From positions 620,001-684,000 of the forward strand of contig JAYWIR010000023.1 in NCBI GenBank assembly GCA_036172245.1: a stretch of DNA of 64,000 nucleotides, given 5' to 3'. The DNA comes from Raillietiella orientalis. Taxonomy: Eukaryota. Positions within the stretch are counted from its first letter, which is position 1. Every line of letters begins with the position of its first letter. The position numbers were made by a program, and so were the translations under genes. The notes under the pieces were generated by a model, which saw only the letters and a program-made list of their open reading frames with translations, did not search any database and was not told the origin of the DNA. Shown here in pieces: positions 14,341-36,254 of the stretch.

Positions 14341-15840
14341 TGTACTAAACGAAAATGTTCAATTATAAAAAGTTGTATTTAAGGTGTTGGGTTTTTTTAG
14401 TTTATGAAATTTATTATGCATTTCAGTGCAATAATTTTCTGGCTACGAAACCGCTCAGCTACTATTTTAATGGCATTTGGATTATGCACTCAAATCAATT
14501 TTTTATGTAATGAATAAAATGCACCTAGAGTTTATTGTATGAAATATCTGTCTTAAAGTAAGCGCTTTAAGAAATTGTTTTTCATGTGAATTAATTTTTC
14601 CCCCTTCATTGTGAAGCGGTAAAGTTGATTAAGGTTGAGGTTCCACATGGATTTGTGTTTTGATTATTTCCAAAGTTATCCCTGTGTAAAGTATTTTAGC
14701 AATTAAAGTTCATTATGCTGAGCTAGATAGGGTGATTTGTAATAACGAATTGTACGTTGCTTTTATAAGGTTTAATATGTTATTGTTTTCGGTAAACTAG
14801 TGTTGGGAGTTCTATTGGTCGAAGTTTCCTCAAATATTGTAAGCTACTTCTGGGTAGATTAGCTACCTAAATTTCATACACATTCAAAATAACGAAGTAT
14901 AAAGCAGCCTTGCCTCCTTCATGGTTTTCATCTTTTATTTTACTAAGTGTTTCAGTTTATAGATATGAAAAAATTAATTTGGTACATAAACGTGCTTTTA
15001 AAATAAATTTTAAGTGGAATTGGAATCGCATGTTTCAGAACTTAAGCACATGTTTTTGAGCACTGTTAGTATCACAATTATGCCATTAAAAAGATACAAT
15101 GTAATGATACTGTAGATATCATGAAAGTATGCATGTCATTAACTGCTGTCATTAAGTGCATAATTGTTATAGTATTTTTTTATTGTTATAATATTGATTA
15201 TAATATTGAGATCAGATTCATTAACTGAAAAGTTTTGAATTCAAACAACCTAATCACACATGGTACTATGCATTGTCAGTGCATCATGTAATTATTTGAA
15301 AAATCTATTAAATGAAATTCACTGTTATTGAGGAACTTTATTCTAAGTATTAGGTACTGTTGTATAATTTGTAAGTATTAGGAAGTTTATAAATGAAGTT
15401 TTGCCATAATTGCCCAGCAAAAACTATTTGAGGAAATAATCAGTTAAATATAGATAGGAGTTTTCATGGTCTTTCTTGGATTCATTACTTTGGTGGTAAC
15501 TCAATTCTGAAAACCATTCATGTGAAATTTTGTAATTGTTGTCTTCATAAATTTGCATTTTTCTGATGATTGTCAGATGTTTAATATTGTCCTTCATAAT
15601 TAATAGTCTCATGGCCTTTTTTCGTTTTTTTAATTAATTTGTGAATTGCTTCTCCCCCCTTCCAAATTGTATTGGGTTGTCCTGAATTAAAGTGTACTGT
15701 GTTTTTATTGATATTTGGAGTTTGAGCACTGTAGGTGTTCTGGATCATTGTGGGTAATTGGGAAGATAATGAGATTCATTAAATTTTAGTGAACGACGGA
15801 TTTTATTTTCAACTGTAGTTGACATTATATAAGTTTGAAA

Positions 15841-24481
<8,641 letters not shown>

Positions 24482-27400
24482 AATAAAATTTGTATTAAAT
24501 AGAGTGAGAATTGCCAGATGGAACATCAGGGATGGCTGGATGTTTTGCTTTTTATTACAGTTAAAATGTATTCTGAGGAGAAATTTTCCGTCCATGAATG
24601 AAAGTTGGCATAGTGTTCCAAGGGAGCCTATAATGGCAATCGTTAGGCGTTATCAGACGACTTGTCATGGGTTTGTGAGAAATCCCTGTGTAAACATAAG
24701 GCTCGAATTCGTACCAAGACGGAATCAAAAGTCGAAAGCTTGAAATCACATGGGGAATATGAATGAATTGCGTAACTGCTGGTTGTGCGAGTGTACAGTC
24801 ATTCGGCGTTGGTGGTGGGTCGCGCTTGCGCGTGTCCACCGCGCTTCGCAGGCAAAGGGTTGCGTTCGCAGCTCGTAGGCCTTGCCTGAATGGTGTGGCA
24901 CCATCCTCATCGTGTTGCGAAAGGGCGGTCGGACCAAGGTGACAGGGTGCAGGCAGAATTCCATGGGTGAGGAAGGGATCTAACCAGCACCGAACAGAAA
25001 AAGATGTGCGATGTTCGAACAGGAAAGTTTCACGTTCTCTAGTAAAAGAATGAGAAGTTCGATATTTCTCTGCACCATATCACCTGCGTTCATTCTTGCA
25101 GCAAACTTGCTGGCAAGCCTCTACCAAGTCCACCGAAACTCTTGTACAAACAGTTCCTGCAAACACGTTTGGTTTCAGGATTTTACACCTATCTATTTTA
25201 CACCACCAACCAGCATTGCATTCGGCTTGTTATGAAACAGCCCTCACAGGAAGCCATTTGTGTTAGCATGAGAACTCTGCTAGTCCTAATTTCACGCTAA
25301 ATAAAGAGTTTTTATGCAAAGAGGAGGATTATAATTTCAGATTCATTTGTGGATCCAGGACTTTTCAAGTACATTTCACTGTATGCTGAGCTGAAGAGAC
25401 GTATGTCCCAAATCAAAGCTGGCTGTGAAACAGAATTTACCGGTCGACCTCTTGGCGAATTTGCATGTGCACTTTAAACATTTGCATTATTCTATTGTTC
25501 ATTGTATTTTTATAAACCCAGTCCTAAACTGAGGAATACTGATCTTGAGGGAGGAATAAGAACGTAGGGATGTGAAGAACAGATACTGACTGTCATCACT
25601 ACATTACTGATTAGGCATCATAGTGTTTCCATGGATGCAGTGGTGCCTATGGTATGGTAAGGATGAGTCGCTTCCTAATTCTGAGAACTATTCCACGTGC
25701 CCACTGATTACGGACAATTCTTTTAAGTGTAGAAATAAGCGAGTGGTCTTGTTCGTTCGTCTTGTCGGACTGGAAAACTCCAAGGACTCAACAGCATGCC
25801 CCAAGACATTACATTATCTTGGATATTCCATGTTAGCGATCAGTCAAGCATTGTTTCAACATGTTAGAACCTATTCTTTTTATTCCCAAAGACAAGTATT
25901 GTGAACTAACTTAAGAGGTGTGCAAGGTTCAGTTTTCTTTACTTATGTTGTGTGGCATCGACTGCCTTGGTATTCCAAGGTGATGATTTCTGATCTTAGT
26001 AAGAAGATACTCAAGCCTCAAGACAAAGAGAAAATTATTAAGATTGTGGCAACAAAAACTGCGTGTGATTGCGTGTCCTTTCGAGTGCCTCAGGAAACCT
26101 CAAACATTTTTAATATCAAATTTTGAGTCATGGAACATCTGCCATAAAACAAAATTATGAAAAGCCACAAGAAAGAAATCGCCCAATAAAAATCACAAAG
26201 CAACTGTTGCCCAATTCAGTGTAAATGCAGGAGAGAAAATTTCTTCAATTCGTGGAAATTATTGGATGTCTGTTTGCAATCTTCAGCTCTCCACTACAGA
26301 ATGAAGTTTGGAAAATTAAAAGTTTGCTCAACCTAACAGGTCAATGCTCATGCTGAATTTGATCGGAACTTCATCAAACTCTCAGAGGATGCCTTAAAGG
26401 GAAGGGGGGGAGGGGGGGGAGGAGACTTTGATTTTATTCTGAGAAGCTACAGAGCTTTAAATAGTTTCTTTTCGGTCTTTATGTGGTCACTCGAAATTCA
26501 TTATATCCTACTTTTCTGTTTCGTCTTTGTACATTTACAGCTTTTAGGTGAGTTTCCTAATTCATATTGACCCAATTACTGTGAATAGAGACAATTAGAT
26601 TTCGAAGTTGGTCTCATGAATCGAATTTCTAAGAACTACAATTAGGATGGAAAGAATGATCTTTAATTTATGTTAATAAATTAAGGAAAAATTTATCAAC
26701 GAATTTTTCTAATAGACAGGTCTACCCGCTCTGTCTAGATCTACTTGAATATTGTCTAAGAATGCATTAGCATTCAGAGATCGTTATCTATCTGAATTTG
26801 ATAGATTACTGTTCATTTTATTAAACTGGGCTGTGACTGGCTGGAATTTTTTGCACATAATTATTTGAAGCTTCATAACAATTTATTGGTTTCGAAAGAA
26901 GATTTTTAATGAACTAATTTCAATTTAGATTATGAGATCTTCCCCTCGTTTAATTAACTGCAAGTGTAATCCAAAATATCCTTTGAGCAGTTTTCAGGAG
27001 CACTAATCCATTACTGGCGCTTCAGTTTTCTTCAAAACAAATATCGGATTTATTCTAATAAATCCGATATTCTAATAAATCAAAAAATTTCATGTTCACC
27101 GAATCGGTCAGTTTGCTTTCAATTTTCGATGATTTATTTTGTTATTCAAATGATACAACCTAAAAATTAGACATGCATACCAAGAACACAATAAATGGAA
27201 GTGATATTATGATAAATTTTCAAATGCAGTAAAAGGTTTATTATGAACAAGTTATTCAAGTCTTGAAAATTCTGCAACATGCAAATCCAAAGACCATTAA
27301 CTTATAACCACTTGACTTCAGAATCTCCAAAAAGGCAAGGTCGCCTCAATTCGAAAAATTTCAGATGAATTAATTAATATTGCCATCTCACGAATGCATT

Positions 27401-28591
27401 GAAAATGGAAATTATAGGAAGTGACAATATAATCAAATAACAAAACATAGTAATAATAAGAAAGGAGTGAGTTTGTTGCACTGCTTAAAGTTCAATCTGT
27501 TTAATTATCGTTTTTGAATTTCAGCTTTTAGAATTATAAAAATCATTTACCATTCGAATTATTGCAAATTTAACTTTTGCAGAGTATGTTTAACAGATTC
27601 TTTTGACAGTCATTCGATTGTATTCATAATTATTACACACGAACTTTTCGTGAATTCTTCTTCAAATAAAAACACGAGAATACGTCGTTTTCCAAGTGAT
27701 TTTGTCTCTTTTTACGTAAAAAGTTTCTTCATTACGGTACGAACGAGAAGCGTAGTGTACGTTTGAAGCTCTGCGTGTTTCACAGATTTCTACATGAGAC
27801 TGCAAAATTGCCTTTCTTTCCGAAATTCTTTTCTCCCAATTGAGCTGAAACAAACACGTCGAACGAGCCCACCTAAGAACTCCTTACCGTTCACCAATCT
27901 TTACCACCCACGCAATTTCCACCGCTGCGGCAGTTTGACTTCCGTACCGTACGTAAGCTTTTTCGCAGGAATGCTGCTGCTCATAGATGATATGGTATTA
28001 TTATTATTGTAATTTTCCCGAAATAAAGCTTCCAGATTGAAGCTACCAAAGTTGCAATCATATTTTTGGTACCACCTTTGATCATTTGAGGCCTTTCGCT
28101 CCCTTAGATTAAAAAGTGCTTAAAAAGTGCTCCAAGCACGGCAAAACCTCATGAAACAGCAGCAGCCAGGATGTCAATCATGTGCAGCGCAGCGATAGGA
28201 TCATTTCAAATTACCTTTAGACACCTGTAATATCAAGAGTTCATTTATTTTTGTTTGAGGAAGATTAAAAATCTGCGCCAATGTAACCTGACATTACAGA
28301 ATTTGAATATTACAGTTTTTCTTATCAATGTTGCGTTTAGTGGAAATACAGCAGCAACACAGTTATTAGTCTGCTTGGTAACTACACATTGAATGCTTAA
28401 TTACAATTAACTGTGTAATTTGTTTTTGAATTTGTTTTGCTTTTTGAAGTGTTGACAAATACATAGAGCTTACAGCAATAAATGTAGCTGAAGCTTAAAG
28501 CTTAATTTTTTGATTAAAAAAAGCATCTAATACTTGCAAAGAAGCTGAAAACAGCTTGTGATCTTTAGAAGCACATTTCCTTAAGTTTGTC

Positions 28592-29575
28592 ATGGTAAGA
28601 CATTTGACACACTTTAATGCTTTTAAGAATAACATTTTTTGGAGCTTAGTATTTCACGAGTACATGCGAGTACAAAAGTTTTGTGTCAGATGGGTGTGAG
28701 CATTCTCAAGATAATTGTTTACATCATTCACCGCAGTGATTTTTTGAATTCATGATATAACGATCTATACAGTCATTTTAATAGGAACAGTTAGAATGCA
28801 ACAAAAGAACATTAATGCACTAAATATATATAATGCTAACTGCTACTGGTTTATTGATCAGTTCTAATGTTACAGTAGTTTTGTTATTTTAGTTGGTTTT
28901 AATTATTGGAGATTTGCACATACCACATAGGAAAGCATCACTTCCTGCAAAATTCAAAGAACTTCTTCTTCCTGGTAAAATTCAGCACATTCTTTCTACA
29001 GGAAATTTATGTAGCAGAGATTCATATGATTATCTTAAAACTTTGGCCAGTGATGTGCATGTAGTGAAAGGAGATTTCGATGATGTAAGTGACTAGATGT
29101 ATTTATGGGTGTTTTAATTAATGGCCTATAAAACTGAGCATTTCAAAATTTCAGAACACCAGTTATCCAGATCAAAAAATAGTGACTGTTGGTCAGTTCA
29201 GAATTGGACTTTGTCATGGACACCAGATTGTTCCATGGGGTGATGTTGCTTCTTTAGGGATGTTGCAACGTCAATTAGATGTAGATATCCTAATAACAGG
29301 TCATACTCACAAACTAGAAGCCTATGAGTGGGAGAACAGATTTTTTATCAATCCAGGATCAGCAACAGGAGCTTACAGTGCTTTACAGAAGTTTGTATCC
29401 CATTTTAAATTATTTTTATTATTATTATTACAGTCATGTCGTCCCGTCTTTTATGTTACTGGATATACAAAGTAGCACAGTAGTTTGCTATGTTTATCAA
29501 CTAATTAGGGAAGAAGTCAAAGTTGAACGAATGGAATATAAGAAAACCATAAATGAAAGCAAATCCAATGAATAA
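28592..29575 (+). CDS. VPS29: Vacuolar protein sorting-associated protein 29 (retromer), ~190 aa
   Basis: [14 protein letters not shown]...[13 protein letters not shown]...DILITGHTH...[10 protein letters not shown]...VERMEYKK. Exons 28592-28594 (ATG-only first exon), 28893-29084, 29155-29390, 29434-29575 (573 nt, in frame). Confidence 0.96.
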
Positions 29576-29604
29576 ATGCAATCCATTTTTGTGTAAATTT
29601 ATTT

Positions 29605-32600
29605 TTAACGTACATTAACTATATATTCCTTATCAATATTATATACTGCTTGATAGGCTGAATCTATCTGTTCTTGAATGCGAGCTCGATGGGAGCTCAA
29701 GCTCACTTTACTCATGTCTTGCTTTAAGGCTTGTATTGTAGCATGAAATCCAGGTACATTGTGAAAAAGATGAATGCTACGATCAGCGCAGGTGGCTAAT
29801 ATGCAACTTGAGGGATCAAAACGGATACAAGAAAAGGGTTCTGCATTGCTAAATAAAGAAATGAGAAAAATCATCAGACACACCTGAGTGTACATGCTCC
29901 AATGTTGCTAATAGGAGACCACTGACAGCTGAATATATATATAGCTGATAAGCTACGCCAATGGCTAGGGTTCGTCCATTAGGACTCAAGGCCAATACAG
30001 GAGGAGATCTGGGTGTCACCTGGTAGCAATCATTATGTAGAAGAATGGGATGCTGATCCTTTGGATGATCAACTTACAGGAGATTAGGGAATGTCAACTG
30101 CAGCCTGCTTACTTTGAACATTGTACAGACTCCATGTGCCCTTTATGGAAGCAACAGCCAGTCGACTGGAATCATCAGAAAAGGCAAAGGGACCTGCCAT
30201 GTTAATTTTGTAAAAATGAAAAATTTTTTCAAAAGTTCCCATGGCACTGAATGTTACCTTCCATGCACTAATGTGATTTCCTAAGCAGGCATGAAAATTG
30301 GATGACACTTATTAAAAACTCACCTGAAACTGCTACAAAACGTCCACAAGGTGAAACCATGGCATGGGAGCATGGATTCTGTTGCACATTTACTTTTGCA
30401 AGCTCCTTGCCCTTTAAATCCCAAATAGTTATACGACCATCTTCAGAACACATCATTATAAAAGACCCATTGCAATTAATACCCATTCCCACAATAACTG
30501 TGGATGTTTTCTGCATAGGCACTGTACTCAACAAGCAGTTCATCTTTTATGTAGATGTTTTCTTACGTTGCCGATGCTGAATGCAAATTCTGGATTACTG
30601 AAGAAGCCTTCTTGTTTTTTACTAATTCGGTAGACATGTAACTGACTATACATCAAATCTTGTACCAGGAATGCACGAGTGTCAGGACTCCAACAAATAC
30701 GACATCCTGTACCTATATTCAGATTGCAACGCTTATGCTCCTTTCTGTCCACACGCTTCACATTCCAGATGAATGCAACCCCATCTATGAGCAATAAAAC
30801 GTTTATCAAAAGCATGATAAAAGAATGCAAATAATAAAGTGCAAGTTTCTATCATATGATATTAAACATGGTCATCACAAACAAGTGCTAAGAATGTTTT
30901 TGAACCTTTTAACTTGCCAGTCCAAGATGCACTCATAAATTGCCTCAGTTCATGAGTACCTTTCTTATTAAATGCAAGGCACTGGTCAAATGTGAATTTA
31001 CCAAAATTTTATAAAATCAGATGATATGGTATGTATGGCATAAGGATTTTAAAATAAAAAAAATGAATCAAATTGAAGCACTACATATGGGCGTTACAGA
31101 CACAGAATTCAATCAAATTAACAAAAATATCTTTTACAAGTTCCCATTCCTATGAATCACATCAGATAACCATAAGAAATCCTACATTGTTTCATGAATT
31201 ACGGGGTTTTGAGTACTGCTTGTTTGCACTTGTAAGGTGTAACATGAAACCTTTAAAATGAGAAGAGAAAAAAAAAAAAAAGATTCTGGGATAGACCCCC
31301 ATGCAACCCAACCTGATACTACAGAAGGGTAATTATATTGTGGTACTGGACATCTGCTGCCCATTTGAAGGGGAAAGAGAGGTGTTCAGCACAGCCAAGA
31401 AGAGCAGGATGGATGAATACAATGTGGCACTAAAGCTAACCAAGTAAGGAAAACACTGCAAAGCACATGCTTTCATCAATGGTCTGCTAGGAGCCTAGGA
31501 TCCAGAGAATCAGGAGGTGCTGTATGGTCTTGGAGTCCCTAGAAAGTACTCAAACATGACACACTCATGGTGGCTTCATGTATTTGATACACTAGAGACA
31601 TCTACGTGACCCACGTCAGAGGGAGAATACCGAAAGAAACTGAAGCCAATTTGCAGCTAGAAATGACCAGCAAACTGCTCTCATGAGAAGTAGGTGTCAG
31701 AAAACGAGATGCTGAAAATGAGCTGGAATAAGGGGCAATGAGTGACCCAAATAGACAGCTGAGGAGACCTGGAAGAATATGAAGAGTTCTTCTTGTAATA
31801 CCTTATTAAATTGCATCCATGAAGAATAAAAAATTCTAAAAGCCTTCAAAATATAAGATTCGGTTTTTTTTCTTAAATGTGGTCACAATTTGAACAATCA
31901 AAAATGTATTTTTGTTCTGTTTAAGCTTGTCACTCCTATGAATTTATCTTAAATTTTTTAACTCTTATTGTTATTCGCTAAGGGGTGTAATTTTCAACTG
32001 ATGCACCTCACAATGTCTGTCTGTTAACTATGGTCACCTATCACTTTTTTTTCCATCTATACAGAAGCAAAAATTACGACAAAATTATAAAAAATGCCAG
32101 TTGAGTACAAAGAACAAATTGAGTATACAGAATATCTTGCATGAATGCAAGAATAATGGAATCTTATTGCAGATTATATTATTAAGTATTGCAGATTTGG
32201 TGCCCAACTGAGCAACAGAGATCACCAGAGAAACATCTTTCTTGTCTCTTAAAAACTGTACTGTTATTAGATGTATTTGTGGATTTTAGAATCACTTTAT
32301 TTTTGCATCAAAAACATTCATGCATTGAGAACGAAACAAGATTCTGCTCTTTCAGTGTTGGTGCCAATAGTCTTTATAAACATGAATTCATATGTAATGT
32401 TATTATATGCACAACAAAACTAAAAATTTCAAAAATTGGTGAACAAGATGAATAGAAAATGTTCATATCTACAGTCTAATTGAATGATATATAAATCCAC
32501 CAAGAAAGAAATGAAAAAAATACTCCAGCAAAGGCTGCAAAGTCATAAGAAATGAAGTACTTGCAAAATACAATTACTGAATTTCCATAAATCCACAATA

Positions 32601-34196
32601 CACACCTAAAGCACATAAAAAATGTTGTAAGTAGCTACTTCAACATTGTCTTTCAAACTTACAAAGAAATCACAGTAACAAACAGAAGCATTTAAACAGA
32701 AATTATCATGCATCCAAGAAAAGAAAAGAAAAGAAAACCTTTCTTTCTTATTTACTATATGAAATGCAAATTGCTAATTTTTAAGAAATGAGATTTGAAA
32801 GCAAAAATTCATAAATTTTTAATTTGACAACCATTAAATATAAAAACATTAAATATATCTTTTATAATCATGACAAAAAAGTGACTTTCCAGATAGTCTT
32901 TCAGAGTTGCTCAATTATCATGTGCATATGATCAAAAACAATTAATGTGAAACTATTGTGCACTGAAATTCTAATGCCCTTTTACTATCTTTTGGAATAC
33001 TTTTGTTATTAAACAACAGCTTATTTTATCAACATATTACTAATCTATTATAGAATATCTACACCAGTACTGGTATTAACTAAAATTTCTCACACCTTTG
33101 TAAAGATGATGGTTGCTAAGCAATATTTTAAAAGGCTTTTCTCATATCCAAAATTTATAACAGTCCAATGAACTACTGTAATGAACTCAAAAAATGGCGG
33201 AAATGCCTCCTTTTCAACAAACAATCACAATGTTCCTGGACCTTCATCAAATGATACAGATCAAGAAACTTTGTGTAATTCCCCAAAAGATTCAAAACAA
33301 AGGAAAACAACCAAAGAAAAATTAAGGCTTCCTTGGATAAATAAAATTAAAAAAATATTTTCAACAACTACTGCTGAACACTCAAAAATCAATGCATCTG
33401 CAAGTTGTAGTGAAGAAGGATATGAAGCAGATACAGAAAGCAGCAGTTCCGTGATGCCTAACCCTTTTGCACAGGGTGGATTATCTAAAGATTCCAAACC
33501 AGTCATAACCAAAACTCAGCAAACTTCTGGAGAAAAAAAACCCAGATCAAAATTCTAATTTGCACCCAAATGTCATTACTACATGTTGGTCTCAGAATAC
33601 AATGAGCTGTCATTTGCCAGTGGAGGAAATTATTTTAAAATTTCAGTACAAAATATTGAAGCATTGCAAATTTTGCTGTTTGTTAGTTTCTTTATATAAA
33701 AACAGTATGCTTTGTTGAAAAGCAAACTTGAGGAATGTTAATCATTATTAAAAACTTTGTCCTTACACTTTTAGGACGCACTACAACGTATCACTATGAA
33801 ATCATGAATTGCACAGTTACTGACCTGTATCAATTGATAACAAATATTTTTCGTTGGAACTGTAATTCAAATCAATAACATTGGCTAAATGCCCCTTAAG
33901 CGATGTTTTGAGCCATTTATGCGGCGATATACTTTCAGATTTCTTTGTGCTTTTTGTGTCCTTTTTTTTTTTATTGCTTGCCTCATGCTGTGTATCTTTC
34001 AACTGGGCTTTACGTATTGCATTTTTGGGATTTTTTTCTGAACGATATAAGTAAATCTTGAATTTAGCATGTTCTCAACCTTACCCACGACACAAGTTTT
34101 GAAAATGGAAGAATTCAAATATATGACACCAACAGTGAGTACGAAAATTGCTGCTAAAATTAAAACCTTATAATCTAAAATTCCTTGCTCCATCAT
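29605..34196 (-). CDS. TBL2: Transducin beta-like protein 2 (N-terminal TM anchor + WD40 repeats + C-terminal coiled coil), ~440 aa
   Basis: Hydrophobic N-terminus VLILAAIFVLTVGVIYL; LKGHLANVIDLNYSSNEKYLLS, WSPDTRAFLV, VSPCGRFVAVSG, DRSIHLFHNVPG match recalled TBL2. Exons (- strand) 34196-34085, 34037-33825, 30784-30567, 30510-30324, 30280-30113, 30072-29884, 29840-29605 (1323 nt, in frame). Confidence 0.88.
31301..31686 (+). pseudogene. Decayed RLE-endonuclease fragment of a related NeSL/Utopia-like retrotransposon inside TBL2 intron 2
   Basis: Translation QPNLILQKGNYIVVLDICCPFEG...GLLGA*DPENQEVL..LGVPRK / MVASCI*YTRDIYVTHV aligns with KPDLVLEKSDRIGVLDISC...GPLGAWDPEND..LGIPKK..MVVTCIRFSSSIYAPHM of the 8.8-9.2 kb element. 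Contains internal stops and a frameshift. Confidence 0.8.
33181..33558 (+). CDS. Candidate nested orphan ORF (125 aa, S/T/K/N-rich, likely disordered), antisense in TBL2 intron 2
   Basis: True ATG start and 378 nt without a stop inside very AT-rich DNA; hydrophilic, protein-like composition. No recognisable homology. Confidence 0.4.
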   Translation: MNSKNGGNASFSTNNHNVPGPSSNDTDQETLCNSPKDSKQRKTTKEKLRLPWINKIKKIFSTTTAEHSKINASASCSEEGYEADTESSSSVMPNPFAQGGLSKDSKPVITKTQQTSGEKKPRSKF

Positions 34197-35710
34197 TTCC
34201 CAATGATATATACATATATGTATACATAAACTGAGACTTAAGAAAAACCTGAAAACAAAATAGTTACACTTGCATACGCTAAAGTTACGGTGTTGTCTCG
34301 TCGCACGATGCACTCCTTTCATCATGTGGACCCTAAAGAGAGAATGCTTTCAACACAGCATCCGCTCACCGTAAACGACAATCCGAAGCGACCGTACATC
34401 GTGAATCCCTGGGATGCCAGTCACCGTCACAGTTACAATGCATAGAATTCGAGAAAAAAATATTATATATAGGATATTTCATTTCCTTAACCACACATTA
34501 GATGGAAATCATTCTTGAAATCTGAAGTAAGTAATTATTTAAAGTAATTATTTAACCCCCCCCCCACATACAAAAAACAAGAATGCTTAATTTCGGAAGA
34601 TGTACAATTGGGATGATCCCAATTTGCCAACATTCGGATGATGGTAGACACGAGAGAATCCTCTGCGAGGAATCAGACATAATCTTTGCCACAATTTAAT
34701 AGGACGATCGAAGTCATTTTCAAGAAAAAGAGTTCCTTGCTTATTTGGCACCTTGGCAGTTGTACTGATTTCGATTCAAATTTGCAGAAATCGTTTATTG
34801 TTTGCAAATTACATTGGATAGCAAAATAAAAAGCTTTAAATTGTAGTGATGTCCATTAATTGTGTTCAATCCTGAATTCAAAGTTCTCCAAGTAGACAAG
34901 AACGTCCTTGGCATGTTAAAGAGTGTCATTTATTCCGTTTTAATTTACTTTTTCAGTTCGAAAAGCTCAAATCACTTCATAAAGTTTACGTCTTCAGAGT
35001 TCTTTAAAAAGGATCATCTTGCATCTTTGGCGATTTCACCGCATCCTCAAACTTTCAGGTTACACTGTTATTATTTGAATGAAAAAATCGTAAATTTAGC
35101 ATTGGTAAAATTTCCTGAAATTAATCTGATTATAAAAAAAGTATACATTATCTGTTTTCCTTTGAATACGTACGATATAGAACTATATAATACCATAAAT
35201 GCAATCTTTCATGGATCATATGCGAATGCACTTTCTATCCATTATCACTATATTACATCAATTTCACTAATATCCTTCAACAAATCTCAATGGAATCGTT
35301 CGAAGGTGTTTTTCATTGCAAAGAAATACATGAATCAAAGTACGAAGCTTTGATTCATAACGAATGATGCACTTGATGCAAGTTATAATCTGAGTTTAAA
35401 TGTACTAATTCAAAGCATTGCTCAACTTCAAAAAAAATGCATTACATAAGGTGAGATTCAATTCCTGCACGTATCAGGAGCTCACCAACAACGAAGATAG
35501 AAGGAGTAGGAAAACTTCCCGTCGAACGAAAAGAATTCTAAGATATCTTTTCATGGACCTTTCGTAATGAAAAGAATCCTATGAATGCATTAAAAAAAAC
35601 AAAATCATAACGAATGATTTTGACAAAAAAAGCAAATGGATATTCTCTAAGCGTGTGACAATCCGATTCTTTTGTTCATTTGAGCGCAGTGGTTAGAATT
35701 TCACAATTCG

Positions 35711-36254
35711 CATCTCAGTTTCATTTTGATTTACCCGGGCGCGCCGGGACGTTTACTGTTTGAAGAACAAAACATAAACATACAGGTCTTCCCTGAGGAA
35801 GAAGCGAAGGGCATGCGCGTGCTCGCAGGAGGATCTTCCCAGCTTGGCGCGCGATCGGACACCCGCGCCCCGAGCGTCCTCCCGTTCGGGCACGAGACGC
35901 GAGCACCGACGCGACGGGACTCCCCGACCGCCGACCACGAGCATATCCGCGCCACCCACGGCTCTTCCGCCGCCTCCCGGGAAGAGTAGGGACGAAAGGA
36001 GGACCGACGGCGCGCAGGAGCGAGAAGCACGCGTGGGCGACGCGCCCGTCCGCGAAGGGAGAGGGAAACGCGCGGACCGTATGTCCTAAGGCCGACGTGG
36101 TCTCTTAGCACTTGGGGGAGCCCAGACGGTTCGGGAGTTCGAGGGGTAGGGGTGGGTGGCTGGGGACGCTGAAGGGGATAGGGGTTGGGAGAGAGGGAGA
36201 GGGGGGATCACTCCAGTTCCCCCCTTTCCCTCTCGCCCATCTCAGTTTCATTTT
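35711..36254. mobile_element. GC-rich ~510-bp insertion bounded by a 17-bp direct repeat, with a strong terminal hairpin
   Basis: catctcagtttcatttt at 35711-35727 and 36238-36254. The interior is sharply GC/CpG-rich versus the AT-rich flanks. Hairpin gagagggagagggggga 36191-36207 / tcccccctttccctctc 36218-36234. Confidence 0.55.

Noticed and set aside
28690..28850. Weak stems and an ATAGGA H-like box in VPS29 intron 1
   Set aside because: No proper pockets and no terminal ACA; insufficient for an ncRNA call.
29391..29433. gtatcc near the VPS29 intron 3 donor suggesting a U12 intron
   Set aside because: Frame and homology place the donor at GTTTGT (29391), and no U12 branch consensus is present.
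34862..35353. 163-aa ORF
   Set aside because: GTG start and F/I/K/N-rich composition typical of spurious AT-rich frames; no homology.
35790..35812. ctgagga...cgaa resembling a hammerhead ribozyme core
   Set aside because: No stem II, no GAAA and no compatible stems I/III.
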